From: Bdellovibrionota bacterium
GTDB taxonomy: Bacteria > Bdellovibrionota_C > UBA2361 > JBIKWN01
Length of the DNA stretch: 45,329 nucleotides
Direction of reading: 5' to 3'
Assembly (NCBI GenBank): GCA_044356295.1
Contig: JBIKWN010000016.1
Span: forward strand, 1-45,329
Part shown: positions 1 to 9,304 of the stretch, piece by piece
Layout: each line of letters starts with the position of its first letter
Numbering within the stretch: position 1 is the first letter of the stretch
Translations under genes and position numbers: made by a program
Notes under the pieces: model-generated
The model's input: only the letters and a program-made list of their open reading frames with translations
Database searches by the model: none
What the model was told of the DNA's origin: nothing

Positions 1-38
1 GACCTTCGCGTTACAAAAAAAACTTAATACCGTTAAAT

Positions 39-1241
39 TTACGCCCCTCTAGTAAGATACCAAGTAGCAAGTTCAAACGAAGAATCTGAATGCTCTACCT
101 TTACTTTACCAAAAAACCAAGTTAACTCTTTGAGAAGTTGCAATACTTGATCAGAATAAAAATCCTTCGTATCTAAGAGAGTAAATTTCATCTTTTGTAA
201 TTCAGCTATGCTCTCTTGATTAAGATTCGTAAAAGCAGACATCACACGTGTCTTGTAAGGTTTTGTTAATTCTAAATCACTATGTAAATCTGCACAGGAA
301 GATTGACGTCGAAATTTAAAAATCCTTGATAAATGATTTAATGACTCATGCTTTACAAGAGAAAGATCAGACATCTGTTTCAATTGTTCCTCTAATGTAT
401 GTAAAAGTTGCAGATTATCAATAACTTCCAAGTCAGGAATACGTCTGTTTTTTCCTCTTTGCATGGACTCTTCGTGACACTTTTTTAGTGAAGCATGAAG
501 TCTTTGAAGATGAAGATCTAAAAGGTGATGACCTATTCGTTGATGAGTTGCAAATGATTCAGGAAGCTTCACCATTGAAGCATAATCAAAATGTTCTTTA
601 GCATTTTCTGGTTGATTAAGATCGCTGTATATATGTCCAAGCCGAATATGAGAAAGGACAATTTTTTCTTTACATGAATGTTCCCCTCGCGTGGTCAGAT
701 CGTAATGAGATAAAAATAACTGATAACACTCTTTTGCTTGTCGCAGATTTAATACTTCTAAGTCATGGGTAGATTCTAAATAGCTACCGTTTTGGCATTC
801 TCGTGCAAGTTTAAAATGCTCTTCTGCTCGAACGACTTGCCAAAAAGGAACGTAATGCTCATTGAGCTCGCATGGTGCTAAGTCATCAAGATATGTTTTC
901 AGGCTAAATAAGATCTCTGTAGCAATTTCAGGGCTTTTTGAAAGCCTATGATACCGTGCATAACTTCGATAGAACTCTATTATGGTTTGTGTAGGGATTC
1001 TATGAACTCGATCAAGATCAAGATCAAGTTCAAGATTGATTGATAGCATGCGCCCTAAGCCTTGGAATAATCCTAGGCTTTGCATTTGTGACTCATGATC
1101 TCCTAATTTAGCAAAAGATTGGGCGAGGGCTAATTGTTCACCAAATAAATCGCCTTGCGAGACTTCTTCGAGTTCATAAAATGCTTGTAGTTTTTGCTGT
1201 TGAACTTCTACCGCACGCTTGCGATCAATTTGTACTGACAT
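39..1241 (-). CDS. Hypothetical alpha-helical protein with TPR-like segments
   Basis: 400-aa ORF. Helical pattern such as SHIRLGHIYSDLNQPENAKEHFDYA resembles a TPR motif. No family recognised. Confidence 0.6.
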   Translation of the reverse strand: MSVQIDRKRAVEVQQQKLQAFYELEEVSQGDLFGEQLALAQSFAKLGDHESQMQSLGLFQGLGRMLSINLELDLDLDRVHRIPTQTIIEFYRSYARYHRLSKSPEIATEILFSLKTYLDDLAPCELNEHYVPFWQVVRAEEHFKLARECQNGSYLESTHDLEVLNLRQAKECYQLFLSHYDLTTRGEHSCKEKIVLSHIRLGHIYSDLNQPENAKEHFDYASMVKLPESFATHQRIGHHLLDLHLQRLHASLKKCHEESMQRGKNRRIPDLEVIDNLQLLHTLEEQLKQMSDLSLVKHESLNHLSRIFKFRRQSSCADLHSDLELTKPYKTRVMSAFTNLNQESIAELQKMKFTLLDTKDFYSDQVLQLLKELTWFFGKVKVEHSDSSFELATWYLTRGA

Positions 1242-1487
1242 TACAGTACTTTTTTAGCTTAAATAAAAAGATTTGCAAGTAAAAAATCACTTAACTAAAT
1301 AACCTATGGTTCTATCAACCGTATACATCACTATATTTAGTAATGATTGATCATCATTCAATAATTATCGATACATCAATAAATTTAATATGTTATTGGT
1401 ATATTACTAACTCTTAATACATTGCTTTTTAAGTTTTATGAGACTAATACTTATAGAAAAAAATCGATTTGAATATTATCTGCTCAC

Positions 1488-2345
1488 ATGAAAAAAACTA
1501 CTCTTCATCAAATTTTAATTTTAGGATTAGTATTTACACTTTCGTCTGGGCGAGTTTTTTCAGAATCTAATGATAAGAATCAATACACCCTTTTTAACCC
1601 AACTCCTAGAGATCAGATGCGCGAAATGTTAACCGATCGCCCTGATACAACTGAATCTCCTGTAACAGTTGATGCTGGTCATTTTCAATTCGAAGGTAAT
1701 TTCTTGAGTGGAAGTTACAATAAGGACAATAGCATTACCGACCAAGGTTTTGGTGTTATGGTTAGTAATGTAAAATTTGGATTACTTAATAATATTGATA
1801 TCCAGTTTGTATTCACACCATACGAATATGCTTCTTCAAAGTTTCAAGGGGAAAAAACAAGCTCAGAAGGCTGGAGCGACGACACACAGATACGTTTAAA
1901 AATTAATCTCTGGGGCAATGAAGGTGAGGATACTGCACTTGCTTTGATGCCTTATATAAAAGCACCAACTGGAAATAATGGATTATCAAATGATCATGTC
2001 GAAGGGGGATTGATTATTCCATACGCAGTTGCTCTTCCAAATGATTTTTCTCTAGGGCTTATGGCTGAGGCAGATGTTGTTTATCTTGATGAAACTGATT
2101 CATATCAGGTTGACTTTCTTCACACTGCAACAGTAGGGCATGATATTGTTGGTAATTTGGCTGGATATATTGAATACATTGGTGTTTCTTCAGATAGCTT
2201 ACAAGGTATCTATCAGTCTCGAGCAAGCGGCGGTCTGACATACGCTGTATCTGATGATTGGATTCTTGATATGGGTGGCACATTAGGGCTTTCTAAAGAG
2301 ACTGATGATGTGACGTACTTTATTGGTACTTCGTTTAGATCTTAA
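1488..2345 (+). CDS. Outer-membrane beta-barrel 'transporter' (MetA-pathway of phenol degradation / SphA-like family)
   Basis: N-terminal signal peptide, family motif TDRPDTTESPVTVDAGHFQFE, alternating beta-strands, C-terminal ...YFIGTSFRS. Confidence 0.8.
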   Translation: MKKTTLHQILILGLVFTLSSGRVFSESNDKNQYTLFNPTPRDQMREMLTDRPDTTESPVTVDAGHFQFEGNFLSGSYNKDNSITDQGFGVMVSNVKFGLLNNIDIQFVFTPYEYASSKFQGEKTSSEGWSDDTQIRLKINLWGNEGEDTALALMPYIKAPTGNNGLSNDHVEGGLIIPYAVALPNDFSLGLMAEADVVYLDETDSYQVDFLHTATVGHDIVGNLAGYIEYIGVSSDSLQGIYQSRASGGLTYAVSDDWILDMGGTLGLSKETDDVTYFIGTSFRS

Positions 2346-2351
2346 TCACCC

Positions 2352-2762
2352 TTACGAATGCCATGCTGACATGGCTAGATTGTATAAGTCTGCGCTGAGC
2401 TTTCTATCTTGTTGAATAGAGAGATGTAACCAAAGTCTCTCTATGGCTTCACTGGAAGAATTCATAATCATCCAATAACTGCCATTTTTATTTAAAGAAT
2501 ACCCAAAGTTCTTTATTAAAAAATTAGATATTTGTGGATTTGTCGAAGGGTCTGCAAGCAGAGAAACAAATTCTGTATAGGTAAGCTGGTGACTACTGAC
2601 GGGAATCGGACCTCCGTTTGGAATTATAGGGATAGTAATTCGTAGACATCCAGGGCACGTATGTGAGCTGCCCAAAAGGATATAATCAATTTCGATCTTT
2701 ATCTTACAGCTCTGGCATTCGCAAATGGCTTTTAGCGGACTCGCAGAAAAGGCGTTATTCAT
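2352..2762 (-). CDS. Hypothetical protein with N-terminal zinc-ribbon (CxxC...CxxC)
   Basis: 136-aa ORF containing CECQSC and CPGC; lies directly downstream of the 371-aa ORF on the same strand. Confidence 0.6.
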   Translation of the reverse strand: MNNAFSASPLKAICECQSCKIKIEIDYILLGSSHTCPGCLRITIPIIPNGGPIPVSSHQLTYTEFVSLLADPSTNPQISNFLIKNFGYSLNKNGSYWMIMNSSSEAIERLWLHLSIQQDRKLSADLYNLAMSAWHS

Positions 2763-2774
2763 AAAAAAAAACGG

Positions 2775-3890
2775 TTAATCCATCTGCTTCTGCAATTCCT
2801 CAAGATCCTTATTCGATATGACATCTTCACGTTTAGAATTTGCTTTCTGTTCAGCATCAATCTGATCAATTAAAGCATCGAAGTCGTCCTCGTTCATTTT
2901 TGTCAGCTCTTCAATACTAAATACATCTTTTAATTCTTCTGGAATTTCTAGATTTGGATCTACTTTTTTCTTTGCAAATAAATGAGGTGTTTGCTCTGCG
3001 TTGAGATCGCTTTTTCCGCGATCAAGCCATGCTTGTCCACCATCTCTTGCTTTTTTGATGTTCTCTTTTGCTTGATTTCTGTCGATTTCTTTTGGAAAGA
3101 ACTCAGTATTAAGTTTCTCAGATGGTTGCTCTTGTCCTAAAAGGAATGTTTCTTGCCAAATATGAGCTAATCTAAAATCACGCAATTTTTCGTTTGTAAT
3201 TTTATTAACTGGAGTATTTGAACGGACTGCGGTCCCTATCATTTCTCCAAACTCACTCATAAAACCTAAACTGGTTAAAATAATAGAAGTTACTTGGGAT
3301 GAAGTAGTTTTCCAGATCTCAGTTTCAACTTTTTCATCAAAAATTTTATGATCAGCATCGATTTTACTTCGATAACTTTTATAGAGATCCGGTTTATCAA
3401 TACTTAAAAGTCCATGTGAAACGTTTCTTAGTGCAGCAATTAAAAGCCCTGGACCGTGTCCAATTTTAGGAATTGCAACTCCAACTAATGCACCAACGGA
3501 AGATTCTCGAGCAAAGTGAGGTGCAATCAGAGGCCATGTTGAACCACCAATTTTTTTCATCTGACGATTAAGAAAAAAACAGGTAATAAATGCTGCTAAG
3601 TCGAGTGGACCATACAGATTAACGATATCACCAATTGAGCACGCTGAATTTGCAGCAAGATAATCTTGACGAAGCTCTTTTGATGCAAAATAAATAGTGG
3701 ACTTAAAGCTTGCACCACGAAATAGGCGAGAGATCTGATACTTGGTTACAGAACGAAGCTCACCATTATTTTTCATGTGGTCGGTAACCAACATGCGTAT
3801 CGCTTGAGCAAATGCTATTGGTACGTATCCCATTTTTTTAGCTGTATCTCGGGCAATAGACCAGCTTTCATCTTGATTAGAATCTGACAT
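2775..3890 (-). CDS. Hypothetical protein, possibly a degenerate HDOD-domain protein with an acidic C-terminal tail
   Basis: 371-aa ORF. GLLIAALRNVSHGLL and ETEIWKTTSSQVTSIIL loosely parallel HDOD motifs (AGLLHDIG; E..I.G.TH.EIG) but lack the HD pair. Confidence 0.5.
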   Translation of the reverse strand: MSDSNQDESWSIARDTAKKMGYVPIAFAQAIRMLVTDHMKNNGELRSVTKYQISRLFRGASFKSTIYFASKELRQDYLAANSACSIGDIVNLYGPLDLAAFITCFFLNRQMKKIGGSTWPLIAPHFARESSVGALVGVAIPKIGHGPGLLIAALRNVSHGLLSIDKPDLYKSYRSKIDADHKIFDEKVETEIWKTTSSQVTSIILTSLGFMSEFGEMIGTAVRSNTPVNKITNEKLRDFRLAHIWQETFLLGQEQPSEKLNTEFFPKEIDRNQAKENIKKARDGGQAWLDRGKSDLNAEQTPHLFAKKKVDPNLEIPEELKDVFSIEELTKMNEDDFDALIDQIDAEQKANSKREDVISNKDLEELQKQMD

Positions 3891-3937
3891 GTTTGGATAT
3901 TCGGTTTATGCGCCAAATAACCTAAGTATAAAAAGAA

Positions 3938-4891
3938 TTATTCTAAATGATTCCAATCCGCAGGGGGATTTTGAAATAAATCAGACAATATAACTGCTTC
4001 AGGGCCGTAATTTTCAGGGACAACGTTATATTCCCAATTTGCAAATTTAGGCAGCGACATCAAAATCGATTCAATTCTGCCCCCAGTTTTTAAACCAAAA
4101 AGTGTGCCACGATCATAGACTAGATTAAATTCAACATACCTCCCTCGGCGGTACAGCTGAAATTTTTTCTGTATTTCTGTGAAAGAAAGATTTTTTGTAT
4201 TTTCAACAATAGGAATATAAATATCGTTAAAATTTTTCGCGAAATCCTCTACTAGATTAAGAAATGGCTCAATCTGGGTTGCATCATCTCGACCCATATA
4301 ATCAAAAAAGACACCGCCTATTCCTCTTGTTTCATTTCGGTGTGGTATAAAAAAATAACTGTCACACTGTTTTTTTGATTCTTCGTAAAAACCAATTTTA
4401 TGACGATCGCAGATTATTTTAAGTTTATTATGGAATGTCTTAAACGCTTCCGGATTGTAGGTGTAGGGTGTTAGGTCAATACCTCCACCAACCCATGAAC
4501 GATCCGCCACGGTCAAAAAACGAAAATTGGCATGAATGGTTGGAACATGAGGTGAAGCAGGATGAATGACAAGTGAAGTCCCTGTTGCATGGAAAGGAAG
4601 TACTTCAGATCGACCAATCAAAGTTTTTCCCATATCTTCAGGAAGGGTTCCATAAACTTCAGAAAAGTTAACACCACCTTTTTCAAATACTGCACCATCA
4701 GTGATAACACGGGTAATACCACCTCCCCCATGACCACCTTGTTGGTCAGTGCGTTTCCATTCATCAGTTATAAATTTTTGGGCACCGTCAGATTCTTCTA
4801 ATCCGTTGCAAATAACAGATTGCATTGTAAGAAAGATCTGTTTTGAACGGTTGGTAAGCGGATGGAGGATGTGACTAGTCATAAAATACAC
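3938..4891 (-). CDS. hemF: Oxygen-dependent coproporphyrinogen III oxidase
   Basis: Motifs FEKGGVNFSEV, SLVIHP..PHVPTIHANFR, GGGIDLTP, RGIGGVFFD, RRGRYVEFNLVYDRGTLFGL, ESILMSLP. Confidence 0.97.
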   Translation of the reverse strand: MYFMTSHILHPLTNRSKQIFLTMQSVICNGLEESDGAQKFITDEWKRTDQQGGHGGGGITRVITDGAVFEKGGVNFSEVYGTLPEDMGKTLIGRSEVLPFHATGTSLVIHPASPHVPTIHANFRFLTVADRSWVGGGIDLTPYTYNPEAFKTFHNKLKIICDRHKIGFYEESKKQCDSYFFIPHRNETRGIGGVFFDYMGRDDATQIEPFLNLVEDFAKNFNDIYIPIVENTKNLSFTEIQKKFQLYRRGRYVEFNLVYDRGTLFGLKTGGRIESILMSLPKFANWEYNVVPENYGPEAVILSDLFQNPPADWNHLE

Positions 4892-4982
4892 CTGATAATC
4901 ATATCTCTTGAGAACCGTTGCAATAAGACAACAAAAATACGTTTACCTTTTTCTTCAATTACTATCATTTATTAATCTCTGT

Positions 4983-4999
4983 GGGTACTATTAGTACCC
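4983..4999. promoter_or_regulatory. Perfect palindrome GGGTACTA-T-TAGTACCC immediately upstream of the hemH start codon
   Basis: 8-bp arms with a 1-nt centre, in the hemF/hemH divergent intergenic region. Function inferred only. Confidence 0.35.
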
Positions 5000-5000
5000 T

Positions 5001-6086
5001 ATGAACCAAGAAACGACAGCTTTTGGCTGTAAAAAAAATCATGACGGTATTGGTATTCTTATCAGTAATCTTGGAACCCCTGACGCCCCTACAAAACAAG
5101 CGCTCCGTCCATATCTGAAGCAATTTCTTTCTGATAAACGAGTCATTGAATTAAATCCGGTACTTTGGTGGATTATTCTCAATGGAATCGTACTTAATAC
5201 TCGTCCAAAAAAATCAGCAAAAGCATATGCTAGTATTTGGACTGATGAAGGTTCACCGTTGATGGCGACTACAAATAAACAGGCTGCTGCGGTAAGAGAA
5301 AGACTTTCGAATGAAAATATTAATTTCGAAGTAGCTGTCGGAATGCGTTACGGCAAGCCTTCTCTAGAATCTGCTGTTGATCAACTTATAGAAAAAGGTT
5401 GTCGAAGAATTCTTTTGTTTCCTATGTATCCACAGTATGCAGGGGCTACAACTGCTTCTACGTATGATGCCGTATTTAAGCATCTGCTTACAAAACGTGA
5501 AGTTCCAACACTAAAAGTAGTAGAGCCTTACTATAACCGTCACTTCTACATTGATGCCTTGGTTGCTCGTTATAAAGAGTATCTTGAAACAGTGGATGCA
5601 CCACCTGAAAAAGTTTTACTTTCATATCATGGTGTTCCAGTTCGGTATGTTGATAATGGTGATCCATACTGTTGTCAGTGTGTCGAAACAACGCAGTACT
5701 TTGCAAAAGCTGCTGGTTTGTCTCCTGATCAAATTGTTCATACTTTTCAATCACGTTTTGGAAATGAAGTTTGGCTAAATCCTTATACTGATAAAACAGT
5801 TGAAAAGCTCGCAAAAGAAGGCACGAAACGGCTTGCAGTAATGTGTCCAGCATTTATTGCGGATTGTTTAGAAACTCTTGAAGAAATCGGTGAAGAAGCA
5901 AAAGAAGATTTCTTGCATCACGGCGGGGAACAGTTCGATCTTATTCCATGTGTAAATGATCATCCAACGTGGATTGATGGAATGGTGCAGGTTATTAAAG
6001 AAGAAACACAAAGCTGGACGAAAAATGATAGATTCCACGCTGCATGCATGGCTTGCCCTGTTGATAGAAAAGATAAAGGAAAATAA
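5001..6086 (+). CDS. hemH: Ferrochelatase (protoporphyrin-type)
   Basis: NLGTPDAPT, FLSDKRVIE, GMRYGKPS, PMYPQY, SYHGVP, FQSRFG, WLNPYT, DCLETLEEI motifs. Confidence 0.97.
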   Translation: MNQETTAFGCKKNHDGIGILISNLGTPDAPTKQALRPYLKQFLSDKRVIELNPVLWWIILNGIVLNTRPKKSAKAYASIWTDEGSPLMATTNKQAAAVRERLSNENINFEVAVGMRYGKPSLESAVDQLIEKGCRRILLFPMYPQYAGATTASTYDAVFKHLLTKREVPTLKVVEPYYNRHFYIDALVARYKEYLETVDAPPEKVLLSYHGVPVRYVDNGDPYCCQCVETTQYFAKAAGLSPDQIVHTFQSRFGNEVWLNPYTDKTVEKLAKEGTKRLAVMCPAFIADCLETLEEIGEEAKEDFLHHGGEQFDLIPCVNDHPTWIDGMVQVIKEETQSWTKNDRFHAACMACPVDRKDKGK

Positions 6087-6173
6087 ATAAAAAAAGAGAG
6101 GGGCGAAGTGTATTAAGTCTTGGGTATTAACCTAAACGAAAAAACCTCATCCCTCTTTGGTCATTAAGACTAA

Positions 6174-6791
6174 CTAGCGCAAGCGCTTTTTAGTCTTGAG
6201 TTCTGCTTCGAAACCGTCTTCTCGAGAAGGGACTTCGAAGTAGAACCAGAATTGGTTGTTCATGCTCACGATCCAAACGTAGAGCATGGGGATTTTTCCG
6301 TCCGACATTGTCTTGCGACTAATGAGCGGATCGAAATCTTGACCCCTTGATTTTCGGATTGCTTCTCTTTCCTCTTGAAAAGATGTGTTCTCATCGAACC
6401 ATCTCTGCATGAGGCTTCTTTGAAGCTTCACTGTCACTTCATGTGTCAGTTCGGCTCCTGGGAAGAGAAGCTTTGTACTCTCATCATCATCGAATTGAGG
6501 GATCTCGTTAAAGATCTCTCCTCGATCAATGCTCACCCAAGATTCAGCATTGCAGCCGATCCTGAGTTGCTCCCCTCGGACTCTTCTTACCTCAAGATGA
6601 ATCGAGGTCGAGTTTTTCCGTGGGTGCCGAGCATCCAGAAACGACGCCATGCATTCCGGAGTTGCCGAAATGATGATGAGCGATTTCTGGTTTCGTTCGA
6701 ACGAAAGGGCTTCCCCTTTCTTTCGAATGACGGCGGTTCGGCCCTTTCGGGTGACGATGAGGTTTGCTTTTTTATCGGGTGTAACATCCAT
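6174..6791 (-). CDS. Atypical CsrA/RsmA-like domain protein with an internal insertion and a C-terminal extension
   Basis: IRKKGEALSF...SIHLEVRRVRGEQLRIGCNAESWVSIDRGEIFNEI aligns by eye to CsrA TRRVGETLMI...[35 protein letters not shown]. Confidence 0.6.
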   Translation of the reverse strand: MDVTPDKKANLIVTRKGRTAVIRKKGEALSFERNQKSLIIISATPECMASFLDARHPRKNSTSIHLEVRRVRGEQLRIGCNAESWVSIDRGEIFNEIPQFDDDESTKLLFPGAELTHEVTVKLQRSLMQRWFDENTSFQEEREAIRKSRGQDFDPLISRKTMSDGKIPMLYVWIVSMNNQFWFYFEVPSREDGFEAELKTKKRLR

Positions 6792-7020
6792 GTTTTTTCA
6801 CCGGAAAGATCATCAACGTGGCTTTTGACCAAAGTGATAACCCTTCTTTCAATATGACAAAGTAAAAATCTGTATCAGATTGAAAGAAGAGTTATCCAGG
6901 GAAGTAACCTAAGTAGGGTATCCTTAGTAGGATTTGGACTTCGCCTCTCTTGATTAATTATAGCAGGTATCAAGGGTTAAAATAGGTTAGGGTCAATGTC
7001 ATTAAGTTAAGGCATTTCTA

Positions 7021-7100
7021 CCCCGTGACCATGACCGTAGGCGTGAGCGTGACCTTAAATTGTTTGGTTCACGCTCAGGCTCACGCTCAAGGTCACGGGG
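7021..7100. repeat. Long imperfect inverted repeat built from GTGAGC/GTGACC hexamers (REP-like hairpin) downstream of hemA
   Basis: CCCCGTGACC (7021-7030) pairs with GGTCACGGGG (7091-7100). Inner arms ATGACCGTAGGCGTGAGCGTGACC and GGTTCACGCTCAGGCTCACGCTCAA also pair imperfectly. Confidence 0.75.
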
Positions 7101-7132
7101 GTGGACGGAGATTTGTTAGTAGGCTTTAGTTT

Positions 7133-8347
7133 TTATGCTGCTTTTAGAACTTGAAGTTCGCTAAAGATCTTACCTAAGGCATACCCTAATTCCTCAATCA
7201 TCTCATCAGAATGAAGCGGAGTAGGAGTAATCCTCAACCGCTCAGTGCCCCGTGGCACTGTTGGATAATTGATAGGCTGAATATAAATATTGAACTCATC
7301 CATCAGTCTATCAGATACAGCTTTACATTGAGCCGAATCACCAACGAGTACCGGAATAATATGACTCTCTTCGCACATCGTTTCGATTCCGATACGTTTA
7401 AATACAGCACGGGTTCGTTGAACTTGCTGCATCATAAGCCGCCGTTCACTCGCAGATTCTTTCAAATATCTCACACTTGCTAGTGCTCCAGATGCGATAA
7501 CTGGTGGTATGGATGTAGTAAAAATAAATCCAGCACCATAGCTTCTGACTACATCAATAAGTTTTGCGCGTCCGGTAATGAATCCACCAACAACACCGTA
7601 TCCTTTTCCAAGACCACCTTGCAGACAGTCAACGTCATCAAGTAATCCTAAAGCCTCAACAACACCTCCACCTTGTGTTCCATACAAAGCAACAGCATGT
7701 GTTTCGTCAATATATGAAAGGGCATTATATTTTTTGCAAAGATCAATAATGTCAGCAATTGGAGCGATGTCTCCACCCATTGAATACACTGATTCAAATG
7801 CGACTAGTTTAGGACGACTGATAGGTGTTTTTTTGAGAAGCGATTCAAGGTGGTCAACATCACTGTGCTTAAAAACGTGACGCTCAGCTTTTGAATGGCG
7901 GATACCTTCGATCATTGATGCGTGGTTGTCCGAATCAGAAAAGATAACACCATCTTTTAAAATATTACCCAGTGCAGAAAGCGCAGTTTCATTAGCAACA
8001 TAACCAGATGAAAAAACGAGTGCTGCATCTTTTTTATGAAGTGATGCAAGCTCTGCTTCAAGTTGTACGAGTGTGTGATGATTTCCTGAAATATTTCTGG
8101 TTCCACCTGCGCCTGCGCCGTTATATTCAAGGCACTCCCGCATTGCATGAAGTACGGCTGGATGATGGCTCATTCCTAGGTAATCATTCGAACACCACAC
8201 AGTAACTTTTTTTATATCGCCTTCGTTTCTATAAAATGCAAAGGGTGCTTCACCAACGCGACGTTCAAGGTTAGCGAAAACTCGGTACCTACCTTCTTTC
8301 TTAAGAGAAGAAAGAGCATCATCAAAAAGTAAATCGTACGTTGTCAT
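7133..8347 (-). CDS. hemA: 5-aminolevulinate synthase (PLP-dependent, Shemin/C4 pathway)
   Basis: ALAS signatures EGRYRVF, VWCSNDYLGM, GAGAGGTRNISG, SSGYVANE, NHASMIEGI, AFESVYSM, DETHAVALYG, GFIFTTSIPP, YIQPINYPTVPRGTERLRITP. Confidence 0.95.
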   Translation of the reverse strand: MTTYDLLFDDALSSLKKEGRYRVFANLERRVGEAPFAFYRNEGDIKKVTVWCSNDYLGMSHHPAVLHAMRECLEYNGAGAGGTRNISGNHHTLVQLEAELASLHKKDAALVFSSGYVANETALSALGNILKDGVIFSDSDNHASMIEGIRHSKAERHVFKHSDVDHLESLLKKTPISRPKLVAFESVYSMGGDIAPIADIIDLCKKYNALSYIDETHAVALYGTQGGGVVEALGLLDDVDCLQGGLGKGYGVVGGFITGRAKLIDVVRSYGAGFIFTTSIPPVIASGALASVRYLKESASERRLMMQQVQRTRAVFKRIGIETMCEESHIIPVLVGDSAQCKAVSDRLMDEFNIYIQPINYPTVPRGTERLRITPTPLHSDEMIEELGYALGKIFSELQVLKAA

Positions 8348-8350
8348 AGA

Positions 8351-9304
8351 TTATAGTCCTAAACCTTTTGCCATCCGCGCACCGTAAGTAATAATAAAAG
8401 ATGCCCCAGCACGTCTAAATACGTGCCACGTTTCCATAAGTGCTGCATCAAAGTTCATAAGATTCTGATCAGCTAAAACAGATAAGCCACCAAATTCACC
8501 ACTGACTTGGTATGCTCCAACTTGCAAATGCGTTGCTTGTTTAATCGGTTCAATAAGATCAATTGAGGTCATACCAGGTTTTACCATTAAAATATCAGCA
8601 CCTTCCTCTGCACAACGAATACTTGCATGTATTGCAGCAGATCTATTTCGCACATCAAGTTGGTATTGTTTCCGATCACCAAACTGCGGAGCGCTATCAG
8701 CAGCATCACGGAATGGTCCATAAAAACTACTAGAAAATTTCGTACTGTAACTCATTATAGGAGTCATCGATTTACCAGCTTTATCAAGTCCTACTCGAAG
8801 TGCTGAAACTCTGCCATCAATCATATCACTCGGAGCGATACCGTGAGCTCCAGCCTGTACACATCCGACAGCAAAATCAGAAAGCGCTTTGTGGGTTGCT
8901 TCGAAATCAATATCGCCTTCACTCGTAAATAAGCAACAATGCCCAGTATCAGTTTTTGAACACAGGCATGTATCGATCCAAAAGAAAGCATCTTTTCCAA
9001 ATTTGGAAGATAACGTGTTAAGAGCTGACGTTGTAAAGTCATTACTAAATCCACAAGCTTTTTTCTCTTTTGGCACAAAGAAGATCATGAAATTTTCTAC
9101 ACCTGCTTCAAGATCAGATTCGACCTGCTTTAAAGATGAATCTGCGCTTAACCTCACGTTGCCACGGAGTGATGCGATCGGTTCGTTTTTTGTTAAGCCT
9201 TCTACTATAAAAAGAGGTTGAATAAGTTGCTTTCGAGTGAAAGTCGTTTCGGAAAGCATATCTCGTAGCTGTCGATTCGCACGAAGTCTTTGTAACTGTT
9301 TCAT
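8351..9304 (-). CDS. hemB: Porphobilinogen synthase (ALA dehydratase), Cys-rich Zn-type site
   Basis: DTCLCSKTDTGHCC, APSDMIDGRV, MSYSTKFSSSFYGPFRDAA, EGADILMVKPG, AYQVSGE. ATGA overlap with the upstream ORF. Confidence 0.96.
   Translation of the reverse strand: MKQLQRLRANRQLRDMLSETTFTRKQLIQPLFIVEGLTKNEPIASLRGNVRLSADSSLKQVESDLEAGVENFMIFFVPKEKKACGFSNDFTTSALNTLSSKFGKDAFFWIDTCLCSKTDTGHCCLFTSEGDIDFEATHKALSDFAVGCVQAGAHGIAPSDMIDGRVSALRVGLDKAGKSMTPIMSYSTKFSSSFYGPFRDAADSAPQFGDRKQYQLDVRNRSAAIHASIRCAEEGADILMVKPGMTSIDLIEPIKQATHLQVGAYQVSGEFGGLSVLADQNLMNFDAALMETWHVFRRAGASFIITYGARMAKGLGL

Noticed and set aside
3898..3924. Sigma-28-like promoter motifs (CCGAAT/CCGAT) upstream of several genes (3890, 22498, 36034, 43649)
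   Set aside because: The -35 TAAA match and spacing are inconsistent by eye; a genome-wide motif model would be needed.
6093..6158. Possible terminator between hemH and the convergent CsrA-like gene
   Set aside because: The arms pair imperfectly across a loop of about 40 nt; not a convincing intrinsic terminator.
6375..6857. 160-aa plus-strand ORF overlapping the CsrA-like gene
   Set aside because: No recognisable motifs; the minus-strand ORF carries CsrA-like signatures.
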